DNA of 64,000 bases from Thermoanaerobaculia bacterium (GTDB lineage Bacteria > Acidobacteriota > Thermoanaerobaculia > UBA2201 > DAOSWS01): NCBI GenBank assembly GCA_035593605.1, contig DAOSWS010000011.1, positions 28,304 to 92,303 on the forward strand, in the 5' to 3' direction. This document shows positions 10,084 through 19,924 of this stretch, piece by piece. The notes below the pieces were generated by a model that saw only the letters and a program-made list of their open reading frames with translations, did no database searches and was not told the origin of the DNA. A program made the translations under genes and the position numbers. Numbering within the stretch: position 1 is the stretch's first letter; the number at the start of each line of letters is the position of its first letter.

Positions 10084-11451
10084 TCAGGGTGTCGCAGCTT
10101 CTCCGACGGACTCCTTCTTCCTGTCCATTCTGTCCGTGACGGTTCGAAAGACCAGCAGGGCGATAAATGCAAGCATCCCTACACCGAAAAAGGCATACCA
10201 GATGTAGTGAGCATGGGCGTAGGCCGCAGGCATGGTACCCTTTCCCGCGAGGGCTGTCTGGTACAGAGCCTGCACGTCCGGGGAGAGAGTGGTGGGTTCG
10301 GGGCAAAAGGCATCCAGCAGGTATCCGGACAGAACAAAACCAATAAACCAGGCGAAGAAGGTATTGAGGTGGGCATAGCCCAGGTATAACCCTTCCTGGC
10401 CCTTTGGAGCCTGACGCGAGGCGAATTCATAGTAACGTGGGCTTAAGAAGCATTCGGCGAGGCCCTGGGAAGCGATCCCGATTACCATCATGACAGTGAT
10501 CGGATGGACGGACCAGCCTGCCACGTTCACATTCCCCGACAAGAGGGAGGATAGAGACATGGTCAGTGCCGAGAAGGGAATGATGGCCATGGCAATCCCG
10601 ATGGAGGTTACCGGCCGGAGCTTTCGAACCAGGTGAGTGATAGGGACGACAAGGCTGACGACCACCAGGGGATTGACGTTGGCATACCATTCCGGGCTTG
10701 CCGCCTCACCCACCATGCGGAGAACGTATTTGGGCATGGAGGCGTAAAGTTGTCCCTGGATCATCCAGAACCCGGCAGTGATCAGGATAAGGGAAAGAAA
10801 GCGAAAATTGGTCAGGGCTTCCCACATGCCCCGCAGCGTTTCCCCGATTGATCTGGGGCGTTCGTCATGGTCAGCTTTTTTCGGCCAGTAGAAGAAGGCA
10901 ACAACCAGAAGGGCAAGGAAACAGGCTCCTGCGGAGTAGAGGGGAATGTACTCGAGGCCCAGAGAGACCCGGACCGGTTTTGCAATCGTCTTCCCCGTGA
11001 AGGATCCGATATTCACAACCATGTAAAAGAGGCTGTACGCCCGGGCTCGGTTGACCGTGTCGGACGACTTGGCGACGGTCCCTGTAATCAGGGGCTTAAT
11101 GAATGCGCCCCCCACGGAAACCAGAAAGAGAGAAACGATGACGAGGAGCTTGGTGGGAAAGAAACCCAGGCCTGCATAGCCCAGTCCCAGGAGTGCAAAG
11201 GCCAGCATCAGCGCCGCCCTGAACCCGATTCGATCGGAGATGGCACCGACGATCATGGGAAAAAAGTAGATCAGGGCGGAGTACCCGGCCCCGATCCATC
11301 CCGCCTCGATATCGGTGAACCCTACGACTCGGCTCAGGTAAAGGGCCAGGGAGATGTACATACCGTAAAAGGCCGCACGTTCGAGGAGTTCAACGGAATT
11401 GGCCGTCCAGAAGATGGCGGGGAATCGCCAGGTTGTGGCGGAATGGGTCAT
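10084..11451 (-). CDS. Proton-dependent oligopeptide transporter (POT/PTR2 family, MFS)
   Basis: PTR2 signature ELLERAAFYGMYISLALYL and about 12 predicted TM segments. The ATG at 11449-11451 is preceded by GAAGGAGAA. The ORF-track start at 11472 is a TTG. Confidence 0.85.
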   Translation of the reverse strand: MTHSATTWRFPAIFWTANSVELLERAAFYGMYISLALYLSRVVGFTDIEAGWIGAGYSALIYFFPMIVGAISDRIGFRAALMLAFALLGLGYAGLGFFPTKLLVIVSLFLVSVGGAFIKPLITGTVAKSSDTVNRARAYSLFYMVVNIGSFTGKTIAKPVRVSLGLEYIPLYSAGACFLALLVVAFFYWPKKADHDERPRSIGETLRGMWEALTNFRFLSLILITAGFWMIQGQLYASMPKYVLRMVGEAASPEWYANVNPLVVVSLVVPITHLVRKLRPVTSIGIAMAIIPFSALTMSLSSLLSGNVNVAGWSVHPITVMMVIGIASQGLAECFLSPRYYEFASRQAPKGQEGLYLGYAHLNTFFAWFIGFVLSGYLLDAFCPEPTTLSPDVQALYQTALAGKGTMPAAYAHAHYIWYAFFGVGMLAFIALLVFRTVTDRMDRKKESVGEAATP

Positions 11452-11551
11452 CGGTTCTCCTTCGTGAAACAATCATCTCCATGCTGTATGGAGTTGTTCC
11501 ATTCTACACTATCGAATCAATCCCGCTCTCCCCGGATGGTATGATGGTGCA

Positions 11552-12229
11552 ATGTACGTAAGGTTTGTCCTGGTCCGCCCCCTCTACGCCATCAACATCG
11601 GCATGGCAGCCCGTACCCTGAAGAACTTCGGCTTCGACGACATGGCCTTTGTCGAGCCGGAGAGCAGTCCCTGCCACCCCCAGGCGTTCCAGTACTCCAT
11701 GACGGCAAAGAGCATCCTGGAGGAAGCACCGGTTTATTCTTCCATTGAGGAAGCCACTGCTGGCTTCGACATCACGGTCGCAACGACCCACACCGGAGGA
11801 AAGGCCCGACCCCTTCTCATCCCATTGCCCGACCTGGCGGAACACCTGGCCGGCCGGCCCCGGGTTGCCGTTCTCTTCGGTTCGGAGGGAGGCGGACTGC
11901 GGCCGGAGGAGCTTCACAGTGTGGACCTTGCCACCACGATTCCCACCGTGGAGGGAAAGGCCGGGTCCCTGAACCTGGCGCAATCGGTGGCCGTGGTCGC
12001 CTACGAATTGTCCCGGAAAGAGGAGACCCGCTCACCCGACACGGCCCAGCTGGCGGCGCTGGAAGACTTCCTGGAAAAGGCTCTCTATCAGCGTAAATTC
12101 TTTTCAGCAGAAGATCACCTGCCGGGCCCGACCCACCTTAGGCGGATGCTCCGCCGCATGGCTCCGGACAACCGGGAGGGCGCCTTTCTCTTTGCCCTCT
12201 TCAAGTTTCTCCTGGATGAACCCCGCTGA
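11552..12229 (+). CDS. trmJ: SPOUT-class RNA 2'-O-methyltransferase, TrmJ/LasT-like
   Basis: N-terminal YAINIGMAARTLKNFG and SPOUT knot motif GSLNLAQSVAVVAYEL. Confidence 0.65.
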   Translation: MYVRFVLVRPLYAINIGMAARTLKNFGFDDMAFVEPESSPCHPQAFQYSMTAKSILEEAPVYSSIEEATAGFDITVATTHTGGKARPLLIPLPDLAEHLAGRPRVAVLFGSEGGGLRPEELHSVDLATTIPTVEGKAGSLNLAQSVAVVAYELSRKEETRSPDTAQLAALEDFLEKALYQRKFFSAEDHLPGPTHLRRMLRRMAPDNREGAFLFALFKFLLDEPR

Positions 12230-12242
12230 GGTTTCCTGCCCC

Positions 12243-13559
12243 TTATCCCGGTTCGGAAAAACGTTCACCGACATCCCGATAGATTTCCACAAGCTGATGT
12301 AAGCTCTTCACTCCTACCCACTCCCCTTCCCGGTGAAAATTCCCTCCCCTGGGACAGACGTTGAGAATGGGAAGACCGGGGCGGTTCCGATGGATGACAT
12401 TTTCATCCGCCACCGAGTATCCCATTGTGTACGCGCGAAATCCCGCCACCCGCTGAACCGAGTCCCGCACCAGAGACGTAAAGGGGTGATCCTCCGAGGT
12501 TGCAAAGGCCGGGCCTCCGGGCGTGGGACGGGAAGCAAAGACCACGCTGACAGGCAGGAGACTTCCATCCCTCCGGGGAATCTGCAGGCTTCCATCTTTT
12601 ACCATCTCATCCATCAGGTTATCGAAGACAGCCTTTACATCCCGGTCCGTCATCGACGGCGTGTATGAGCAGCTGACGCGGACCGTTCCGTACACGGGAA
12701 TGGAGAGAGTTCCGTCTCCCGCCTCGATCCGGCTGACGTAAAAGGACCCCTCAATCGAACGAGCCGCACGGACGTCGGGAACTGCAGAAACTGAAAAGGT
12801 AAAGGTATCCCGGAAGTTGTCCCAGAGAGCTTCGATTCGTTCTACGATCCGTGCCGCATTGCGCGCCGCGCTGATGAGGAGTCCATGGCCGGCTTCCGCA
12901 CCGTGCCCGCCGGTCCCCGGAACGGAAATTTCCAGCTCACACCGGCCCAGGCGCCCGAGGGAGATCGCCGAGGGGCCCAGGCCGGCATTGGGTCCGTCAT
13001 CGATCTCCGGCACCAGGCAGGCATGAACATCGTCCAGGAATGAGCTTTCCACCAGGACATTTCCGCCCAGGGAAAAGAACTCCTCATCGACGGCAAGGGC
13101 CAGTTTGATCCTGTGGTCTGCAGGTTGGAGATCGGAAAGGGCCGTAACCATGGCGGCGATCCCACCCTTCATATCGCTGGCCCCCAGACCCGTGATGGCT
13201 TCTACCCTTTCTCCATGTACATCGATCGAGAGACGTTCGGGGGTAAGGGCCCGCTCCCTTGACGGCCAGGGCTTTGCGGTGACGGTATCCATGTGGCCGT
13301 AATAAAGGATGGAACGGTCTCCCGTGCCCCGTTCCGCCAGCAGGTTATGGAGGATCCGGCCCCGGCTGTCCCTGTGGACCGGCTGGCGCTGCACCTGCCA
13401 GTTTCGTTCCAGCAGAAGGGTTTCGAGGTATTCTGCGATGGCAAATTCGTTTCCCTCCACAATCCAGTCTGAATTCCCCTCCACACCGGGAGGCCTGCAT
13501 TCAAAGGGATTGATCGAATCGATGGCAATCAGTTCTTCGGTTAATCTAACAACATCCAT
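12243..13559 (-). CDS. M20 family metallopeptidase (ArgE/DapE/Acy1-like)
   Basis: YGHMDTV and GASDMKGG metal-binding motifs. It clusters with the POT transporter and the M19 peptidase. Confidence 0.8.
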   Translation of the reverse strand: MDVVRLTEELIAIDSINPFECRPPGVEGNSDWIVEGNEFAIAEYLETLLLERNWQVQRQPVHRDSRGRILHNLLAERGTGDRSILYYGHMDTVTAKPWPSRERALTPERLSIDVHGERVEAITGLGASDMKGGIAAMVTALSDLQPADHRIKLALAVDEEFFSLGGNVLVESSFLDDVHACLVPEIDDGPNAGLGPSAISLGRLGRCELEISVPGTGGHGAEAGHGLLISAARNAARIVERIEALWDNFRDTFTFSVSAVPDVRAARSIEGSFYVSRIEAGDGTLSIPVYGTVRVSCSYTPSMTDRDVKAVFDNLMDEMVKDGSLQIPRRDGSLLPVSVVFASRPTPGGPAFATSEDHPFTSLVRDSVQRVAGFRAYTMGYSVADENVIHRNRPGLPILNVCPRGGNFHREGEWVGVKSLHQLVEIYRDVGERFSEPG

Positions 13560-13596
13560 GGGCGTTCCTTTCAGAGGAGCGGTCGCGGAGAGAAAA

Positions 13597-15960
13597 TCAC
13601 GGAGCCGGCCTGGAGGTTACAGGTTGGGGACTCCGTTCATACTGAAGCATCGTAACAAAGGGGAGTCCCCTCTCACTGAGACGATGATCTCCCTTGACCG
13701 GGGGAAAAGATTCCGATCCTTTGCGGAATCCCACGAAAAGGTCAAAGGTCTCTGTGGACCAGGTCCTGGGGATCTCATAGAGAAAGTCGTCCCGCACGAT
13801 CTTCCCGGGCTCCCACTGGTACACCGGATAGAGCCCGTCCACCGGTTCGTGATCCAGCATCCGAAGCCCTCTTCCCTCCACGTTCAGATCCATGGAAAGT
13901 TCGACGGAGGAAGACAGGGGTTTTAGAACCCTGTAAACCGTAGTGATTTCCAGCCAGTCGGCTAGGGCGTCCCGGCGGATCTGCGTATCATAGCCGAGAA
14001 GCTCCACCTGGTCTCCATAGGCCAGGTGAAGGGGATGGGCGATTTCCGGAACCGAGGCCGTCACATATCGATTCAGAAGGGTCTCGATATGGTTCCGATA
14101 GGTTTTCCGTACCCGGGCATCCCAGTCCAGTAGTCCGGCCCGCCATGTTTCCGTTTGGTCTTCCACCTCTTCGATCCGGTTGTCATTCTCTCCGGGATCC
14201 TTGACAAGATCGAAATATTCATCGCCCATCAGGCCGAAGTTGTAAATAAATTTCCACCCCAGCCCTACGAGCGCCATGTCCCTGCGATCGAACCAGCTGT
14301 GGACCCGGACCGTACGTTCCGCAGGAAGTTGGAAGAGGGACGTTCCCGGGTACGCAAAGCCCGAGAGCCTCACTCCCGTGAGTTCAAGAACTGTCGGAAG
14401 GATATCGAGATGAGATACCGGGATTTGGATATCTTCTCCCCCTGAAAATTTACCGGGAAGGTGGAACAGCAGAGGAACCTGGATTCCCTCCTGGTACATG
14501 ACATTATCATGGAAGATCTGACCGTGTTCCTCGAAGGCTTCTCCATGGTCACCGGTGATGACAAAGAGGGTTGAATCATAGAGCCCCGCCGACCGGAAGA
14601 CGTCAAAGAGGTTGGAGATGAAGCGGTCCTGGTAACGGATCGTGTTGAGGTAACCGTCCAGAAAGCGGTTCTCCTTTGAGTAGATCTTCAGGCCGTATCG
14701 CTTCGGAGCCAGGTACTCGTAGTGGGAAGAAACCGTGAGGTAGGTAAGAAAAAAGGGATGATCCCTGTGCCCTTCCAGCCAGGCCCGGGTGGGTTCCAGC
14801 ATGATGTCCTCTTCATACCCGAACCAGTTCACCCGCTCAAATCCCTTGAATGAAAAGGCTTCCAGAGGGAAAAATTCGGAGAATCCAAGGTTTTTCACGA
14901 GCTGTTCCCGGTTTTCAAAGAGCTTGGTGGCCCCCTGAAAAAAAGCCGTATCGTAACCCACCCGGCCAAGGTACTCCGGAAGTCCTGCCGAGGGGAGACC
15001 CCCGGGGAGCGCCTCGGTAATTTCCAGCGAAAAGTTCGGCTCGATCCCGCAGAGAATCTGAACAAGCGCCTTGGATGTATGGGGGACGACCGTGTAGGCG
15101 TGCCGGGCGATGAGGCTCTCCCTTGACAGCCGATCTAAAAAGGGCGTCGTGTCCAGGTCCGGATTGTAGGGAGTCACCGCGCTGGCACGGGCGGCTTCCA
15201 TAACGATCAGAACCACATTCAACGGGGGGTCGGAGGATTCCCGCGTGACCGTGACGTCATGGGAGTACGGCAAAGGGGAAGCGGATTCGACCCGGGTCTC
15301 TCCTGGGTCGTACACTGCCTGTTCCAAAAGTGTAATCGTGAAGTTCCGGGCCAGGATGGCTCCATTGGAGCGGACCAGGGGCGGGAGAACCACGGCCAGG
15401 AGGATGAGACAAAGCCCCGCAAGGATGGGAATCCAACTTTTGGATTTCCGGTTTTCCCGGGGTACTCCTCCGTACAACGGGAGGGGAATCCATGGAAAGA
15501 GCATGAGAACAAGAATCAAACCGCCAAGAAGGGCAATCAGGCCATAGGAGAGCTCAGCCTGGACAATCTGCCAGACCTGCCCAAATCTTTGCAGGGAATA
15601 GACCACCAGGTTCCAGTCCAGGATCGAACCCGTGGACAGGAAGTAGTGGTGGTTCAGGAACTCCGACGCAAGGAGAACCAGGAAAACGAGTTGGACCAGA
15701 ATTCGAAGGATCATCCGGGGAACGATGGCCTTCCACGACCCGGCCGCGGCTCGGACCAGGAGGAAGAGACCGAGATAGAGGAAGAAATCCGACTTGATGA
15801 GGTCCAGGCATCCCGCTGGGCTGTCACAGAGACCCAGGTGAAGAACCCGGTACACCTTCAATCCCAGGAGCAGGAACGAAACGAAGAGAACGAGCCCGGG
15901 AAGCCGGATACGGTCATCCACACCCAAGGGGTCAGGTCTTGAATTACGACATTTATGCAC
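13597..15960 (-). CDS. LTA-synthase/sulfatase-superfamily membrane protein (LtaS/MdoB-like) with C-terminal ~250-aa extension
   Basis: N-terminal multi-TM region followed by an alkaline-phosphatase-like domain (MEAARASAVTPYNPDLDTTPF, VPHTSKAL, GDHGEAF). The start is uncertain: 15958-15960 is a GTG. Confidence 0.7.
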   Translation of the reverse strand: MHKCRNSRPDPLGVDDRIRLPGLVLFVSFLLLGLKVYRVLHLGLCDSPAGCLDLIKSDFFLYLGLFLLVRAAAGSWKAIVPRMILRILVQLVFLVLLASEFLNHHYFLSTGSILDWNLVVYSLQRFGQVWQIVQAELSYGLIALLGGLILVLMLFPWIPLPLYGGVPRENRKSKSWIPILAGLCLILLAVVLPPLVRSNGAILARNFTITLLEQAVYDPGETRVESASPLPYSHDVTVTRESSDPPLNVVLIVMEAARASAVTPYNPDLDTTPFLDRLSRESLIARHAYTVVPHTSKALVQILCGIEPNFSLEITEALPGGLPSAGLPEYLGRVGYDTAFFQGATKLFENREQLVKNLGFSEFFPLEAFSFKGFERVNWFGYEEDIMLEPTRAWLEGHRDHPFFLTYLTVSSHYEYLAPKRYGLKIYSKENRFLDGYLNTIRYQDRFISNLFDVFRSAGLYDSTLFVITGDHGEAFEEHGQIFHDNVMYQEGIQVPLLFHLPGKFSGGEDIQIPVSHLDILPTVLELTGVRLSGFAYPGTSLFQLPAERTVRVHSWFDRRDMALVGLGWKFIYNFGLMGDEYFDLVKDPGENDNRIEEVEDQTETWRAGLLDWDARVRKTYRNHIETLLNRYVTASVPEIAHPLHLAYGDQVELLGYDTQIRRDALADWLEITTVYRVLKPLSSSVELSMDLNVEGRGLRMLDHEPVDGLYPVYQWEPGKIVRDDFLYEIPRTWSTETFDLFVGFRKGSESFPPVKGDHRLSERGLPFVTMLQYERSPQPVTSRPAP

Positions 15961-16305
15961 TGGTAGTAATCACAGTCTTCAAAACGTATGATTTCAAGAC
16001 CCAGTCCCTGTTTTAGATATAGAGCCTATTATGATCGGAATTACATAAAATGGTAACAGAATTCTAATTATTGTTTTAAACATTGAACACACATTCCATT
16101 CGCTTTACCCATGAAATCTTTTTCCAAGTATGTTTAACAGTTTTTATCATTTGAACGCACCATCATCAATTTTTCAGCTACCACGTTCTTCATGCTCCCT
16201 CATAAACCCCGGCATAGTCAGTTCTTGAAATCATACATTTTAATAATCGATGGCCACAATCAGCATTAAGAATGTCGTATTTCAAGACCTGACCCCATTT
16301 TGGGA
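15961..16305. promoter_or_regulatory. AT-rich 345-bp intergenic island carrying three copies of a ~14-bp motif (TCTTGAAATCATAC-like). It lies upstream of the LtaS-like gene and downstream of nuoI.
   Basis: GC content drops sharply relative to its flanks. Motif copies are at 15986-16000 and 16277-16288 (direct) and 16222-16236 (inverted). Confidence 0.4.
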
Positions 16306-16878
16306 TCAGTACTTCATCCGGTCGATGTCGTCCTTCCAGACAGGGCGTTCGCCGTACCAGGGGCGGTACCCCATGATGTCGCCCTTGATCCTCTCGCTCT
16401 TCGGCTCTTCCGTCAGCTCCTTGAGGGTGATGATGCTCTCCTCCCGGGTCATCGTGGCCAGCTCGTCATCCCGGGTCATGTAGATCACGTTGCAGGGACA
16501 GGCATCCACACAATAGCCGCAGTAGACACAGCGGAGAAGATCGATTTCAAAAACGACGGGATACTTCTCCTGGGAAAGGTTTTCATCTTCCGAAGCCACG
16601 ATCCGGATACATTGAGCGGGGCAGTTTGTGGAGCACATATAGCAGGCCACGCAGGCGACCGATCCGTCCTCCCGGGTCCGGAGCCAGTGGCGGCCGCGGA
16701 ACCGATCGGAGTACTGGCGCCGCTCATCGGGGTATTCGATCGTCGCGATCCCCTTGTTGGGGATTCCCCTGCGGCCCAGGATGTTCCGCATGAAGTGCTT
16801 CAGCGTGGTCAGGTGACCCACAATGATCGCAGGGATGGCCCACTTCTCGGACTTACTGGGTCTCGGCATCGTAATCAT
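16306..16878 (-). CDS. nuoI: NADH-quinone oxidoreductase subunit I (2x[4Fe-4S])
   Basis: Motifs CVACYMCSTNCP and CVYCGYCVDACP. It overlaps nuoCD by 4 nt. Confidence 0.85.
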   Translation of the reverse strand: MITMPRPSKSEKWAIPAIIVGHLTTLKHFMRNILGRRGIPNKGIATIEYPDERRQYSDRFRGRHWLRTREDGSVACVACYMCSTNCPAQCIRIVASEDENLSQEKYPVVFEIDLLRCVYCGYCVDACPCNVIYMTRDDELATMTREESIITLKELTEEPKSERIKGDIMGYRPWYGERPVWKDDIDRMKY

Positions 16879-18545
16879 CGGTCCAGCTCCCCGGCAATGA
16901 CGTTCAGACTTCCAAGAATGGCAACGATATCAGCCACCATGTGGCCTTCCAGCATCTCGCGGAAGGCCTGGTAGATCGCGAAGCAGGGCGGCCGGCAGCG
17001 TACCCGGTAGGGATTGGGGGTCCCGTCGGATACGACATAGAAGCCGAGTTCCCCGTTGGCTCCCTCGCTGAAACCGTACCAGTCTCCTTCGGGCGGTGTC
17101 AGTCCGAACATGACCTTTTCGAAGTGATAGATCAGGCCCTCCATCGTGTTGTACACCTCGTCCTTCCCGGGGAGGTGGACACGCGGATCGTCCACCATGA
17201 TGGGGCCTCCGGGAAGGGAATCGGCCGCCTGGCGGATAATCCGGAGGCTCTGGCGGATCTCTTCCATCCTCACGGTATAACGGTCGAACGTATCTCCCGT
17301 GGTTCCCACCGGGACCTCCCAATCGTAGCGGTCGTACCCGTAGTAGGGGAAGGCCTTCCGGACATCGTAGGGAACGCCGGCGGCCCTCAGGCAGGGTCCC
17401 GTCCATCCCCATTCGATGGCGTTTTCCGGCGTAATGCCGCCCACTCCCATCGTGCGCATCTGAAAGATCCGGTTCTTAGTGACGATCTTGTCGACGTCAT
17501 CGATCAGGGGAGGAATGATCTTCAGGAGATAGTCCACCATCTCCCCGAAATCCTCGGGAATGTCTTTGGAGAGTCCCCCGATCCGGGTGTAGGCGGTCGT
17601 CAGGCGGGCTCCGCAGCATTTTTCCAGGAGGGTGTAGATCTCTTCACGGATCTGGTAGTAGTACCAGTAGTTGGTCAGAGCTCCAAGGTCGACGAGGTTC
17701 GTGCCCAGGCAGACGCAGTGGTCCATGATCCGGGAAAACTCACCCAGGATCACGCGGACGGCCTGGGTCCGCTCGGGAATCTCCAGCCCCATCATTTCCT
17801 CAATCGTCTTGGTATAGGCCACGTTGTTCAGGAAGGAAGAGCAGTAGTTCAGACGGTCGGTGTAGGGAATGACCTGCTGGTAGTTGTGGGTCTCGCTCAT
17901 CTTCTCAAAGCAGCGGTGGAGGTACCCGATTTCAGTATCGGCCCAGACGATCTTTTCCCCGTCCAGGCGGGCCATGACGCGGAAGGTGCCGTGCATCGCG
18001 GGATGTGTCGGTCCCACGTTCACCAGCATCGTTTCAAAGTCTCCCTCGTCGGCCTTTCCGGCAGGAGGGCGATAGATATCGGCTTCGGTGACGGGAAATC
18101 TCTTTCCCGGCTCGTAGTCCTTTCGAAGGGGGTGTCCCTTGAAGTACTCGCCTGTGAGAAGCCGTCGGAGATCGGGGTGTCCCGAAAAGGATACCCCGTA
18201 CATGTCAAAGACTTCACGCTCGAACCAGTCGGCACCCTTCCAGACCCCGTAGACCGACGGAACAGAGGGATCGGATTCCGGGCAGGAGGTCTTCAAACGA
18301 ATCCGGACATGGTTCGGTGTATTGAAAAGCTGGTAGACGACCTCGAACCGGTCCTGCCGGTCTCTGTAATCCACGCCGCACAGATCCATGAGCATGTCCA
18401 TGGGCTCGGTTTCGTCCTTTCGGAGAAACCGGCAGACATCCTCGATCTTTTCCCGGGCCACGCGGAAGGTCGGAACGCCGTCCCTGGATGGTTCCTCTAC
18501 CAGATCGGTTCCATGGGCCTGAAGAAGTCGCTCAGAAATCGACAC
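16875..18545 (-). CDS. nuoC: Fused NADH-quinone oxidoreductase subunits C and D
   Basis: N-terminal 30-kDa subunit region (WKGADWFEREVFDMYGVSFSGHP) followed by a 49-kDa region (GPTHPAMHGTFR...GYLHRCFEKM...). There are no [NiFe] CxxC motifs, so it is complex-I type rather than a hydrogenase. Confidence 0.9.
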   Translation of the reverse strand: MSISERLLQAHGTDLVEEPSRDGVPTFRVAREKIEDVCRFLRKDETEPMDMLMDLCGVDYRDRQDRFEVVYQLFNTPNHVRIRLKTSCPESDPSVPSVYGVWKGADWFEREVFDMYGVSFSGHPDLRRLLTGEYFKGHPLRKDYEPGKRFPVTEADIYRPPAGKADEGDFETMLVNVGPTHPAMHGTFRVMARLDGEKIVWADTEIGYLHRCFEKMSETHNYQQVIPYTDRLNYCSSFLNNVAYTKTIEEMMGLEIPERTQAVRVILGEFSRIMDHCVCLGTNLVDLGALTNYWYYYQIREEIYTLLEKCCGARLTTAYTRIGGLSKDIPEDFGEMVDYLLKIIPPLIDDVDKIVTKNRIFQMRTMGVGGITPENAIEWGWTGPCLRAAGVPYDVRKAFPYYGYDRYDWEVPVGTTGDTFDRYTVRMEEIRQSLRIIRQAADSLPGGPIMVDDPRVHLPGKDEVYNTMEGLIYHFEKVMFGLTPPEGDWYGFSEGANGELGFYVVSDGTPNPYRVRCRPPCFAIYQAFREMLEGHMVADIVAILGSLNVIAGELDR

Positions 18546-19020
18546 CGGGTTCCTCCCCTTTCATTCTTCGTTTCAGAACTTCTTCCCGAAGTTTCAGAAT
18601 CGCGTAGTACAGACCCTCCGGGTTGGGCGGACATCCCGGCACATAGACATCGACGGGAACGATCTCATCGATTCCCTGCATGACGTGGTAGGCGCGATAA
18701 AATCCGCCCGTGGAGGCGCATACTCCCATGGAGATGACCCACTTGGGCTCGGCCATCTGCTCATAGACTCTCTTCAGGGTCGGCGCAAGCTTGTCAACAA
18801 TCGTTCCGGCGACAATCATGAGGTCCGCCTGCCTTGGAGAAAATCTCACAACCTCGGCTCCATGCCGCGCAAGATCGTAGTGAGAGGAGACGATGGACAT
18901 AAATTCGATCGCACAACAGGCCGTTCCGAAGGGCAGGGGCCACATCGAATTTCCCTGGGCCCACCCTTGTGCCCAATCGTACATCCTCTTGAGCGTGGAT
19001 GTAAGAAAAAACTGTTCCAT
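18532..19020 (-). CDS. nuoB: NADH-quinone oxidoreductase subunit B (N2 cluster)
   Basis: Motifs GTACCAIEFM, GVCASTGG and PGCPP. Confidence 0.9.
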   Translation of the reverse strand: MEQFFLTSTLKRMYDWAQGWAQGNSMWPLPFGTACCAIEFMSIVSSHYDLARHGAEVVRFSPRQADLMIVAGTIVDKLAPTLKRVYEQMAEPKWVISMGVCASTGGFYRAYHVMQGIDEIVPVDVYVPGCPPNPEGLYYAILKLREEVLKRRMKGEEPGVDF

Positions 19021-19193
19021 AGAGCCTTAGTCTACCATACTTCGACCGGGTCACCGGTACGTTTTCGTCGATTTCGAGCCGGTTATTCTCAGCCGAAGTA
19101 CAGTCAGGGAAAATGGTTCCTGTGGAATAGACTTCCAGATCAATATGTTAAATGAATCGTAATCTCAATTAGAAAAAACCAAGGAGGTTGATC

Positions 19194-19808
<615 letters not shown>

Positions 19809-19837
19809 ACATCCGGGCTGGATCACTCATTCGATGT

Positions 19838-19871
19838 GCGCGGAGACTTTCTGTCTCCGCGCCTTCTTTGT
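19838..19871 (+). terminator. Rho-independent terminator downstream of sod
   Basis: Perfect hairpin GCGCGGAGAC-TTTCTG-TCTCCGCGC (note: second arm written one base long) followed by CTTCTTTGT. Confidence 0.7.
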
Positions 19872-19924
19872 ACGGGCTCCAACCTGTGATATGGTAGCTT
19901 TAGAGGCAGAAAGCGAAGGTCTGG

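Noticed and set aside
10867-11544. 225-aa + strand ORF
   Set aside because: It is antisense to the POT transporter gene, and is low-complexity and charged.
16251-16265. Sigma-54-like -24/-12 element TGGCCACAATCAGCA
   Set aside because: The GG-GC spacing is off by one relative to TGGCAC-N5-TTGC. There is also no + strand gene downstream.
16941-18683. 580-aa ORF on the + strand
   Set aside because: It is fully antisense to the highly conserved nuoCD/nuoB genes. It has low-complexity Gly/Pro/Arg-rich translation typical of reverse-strand artefacts in high-GC DNA.
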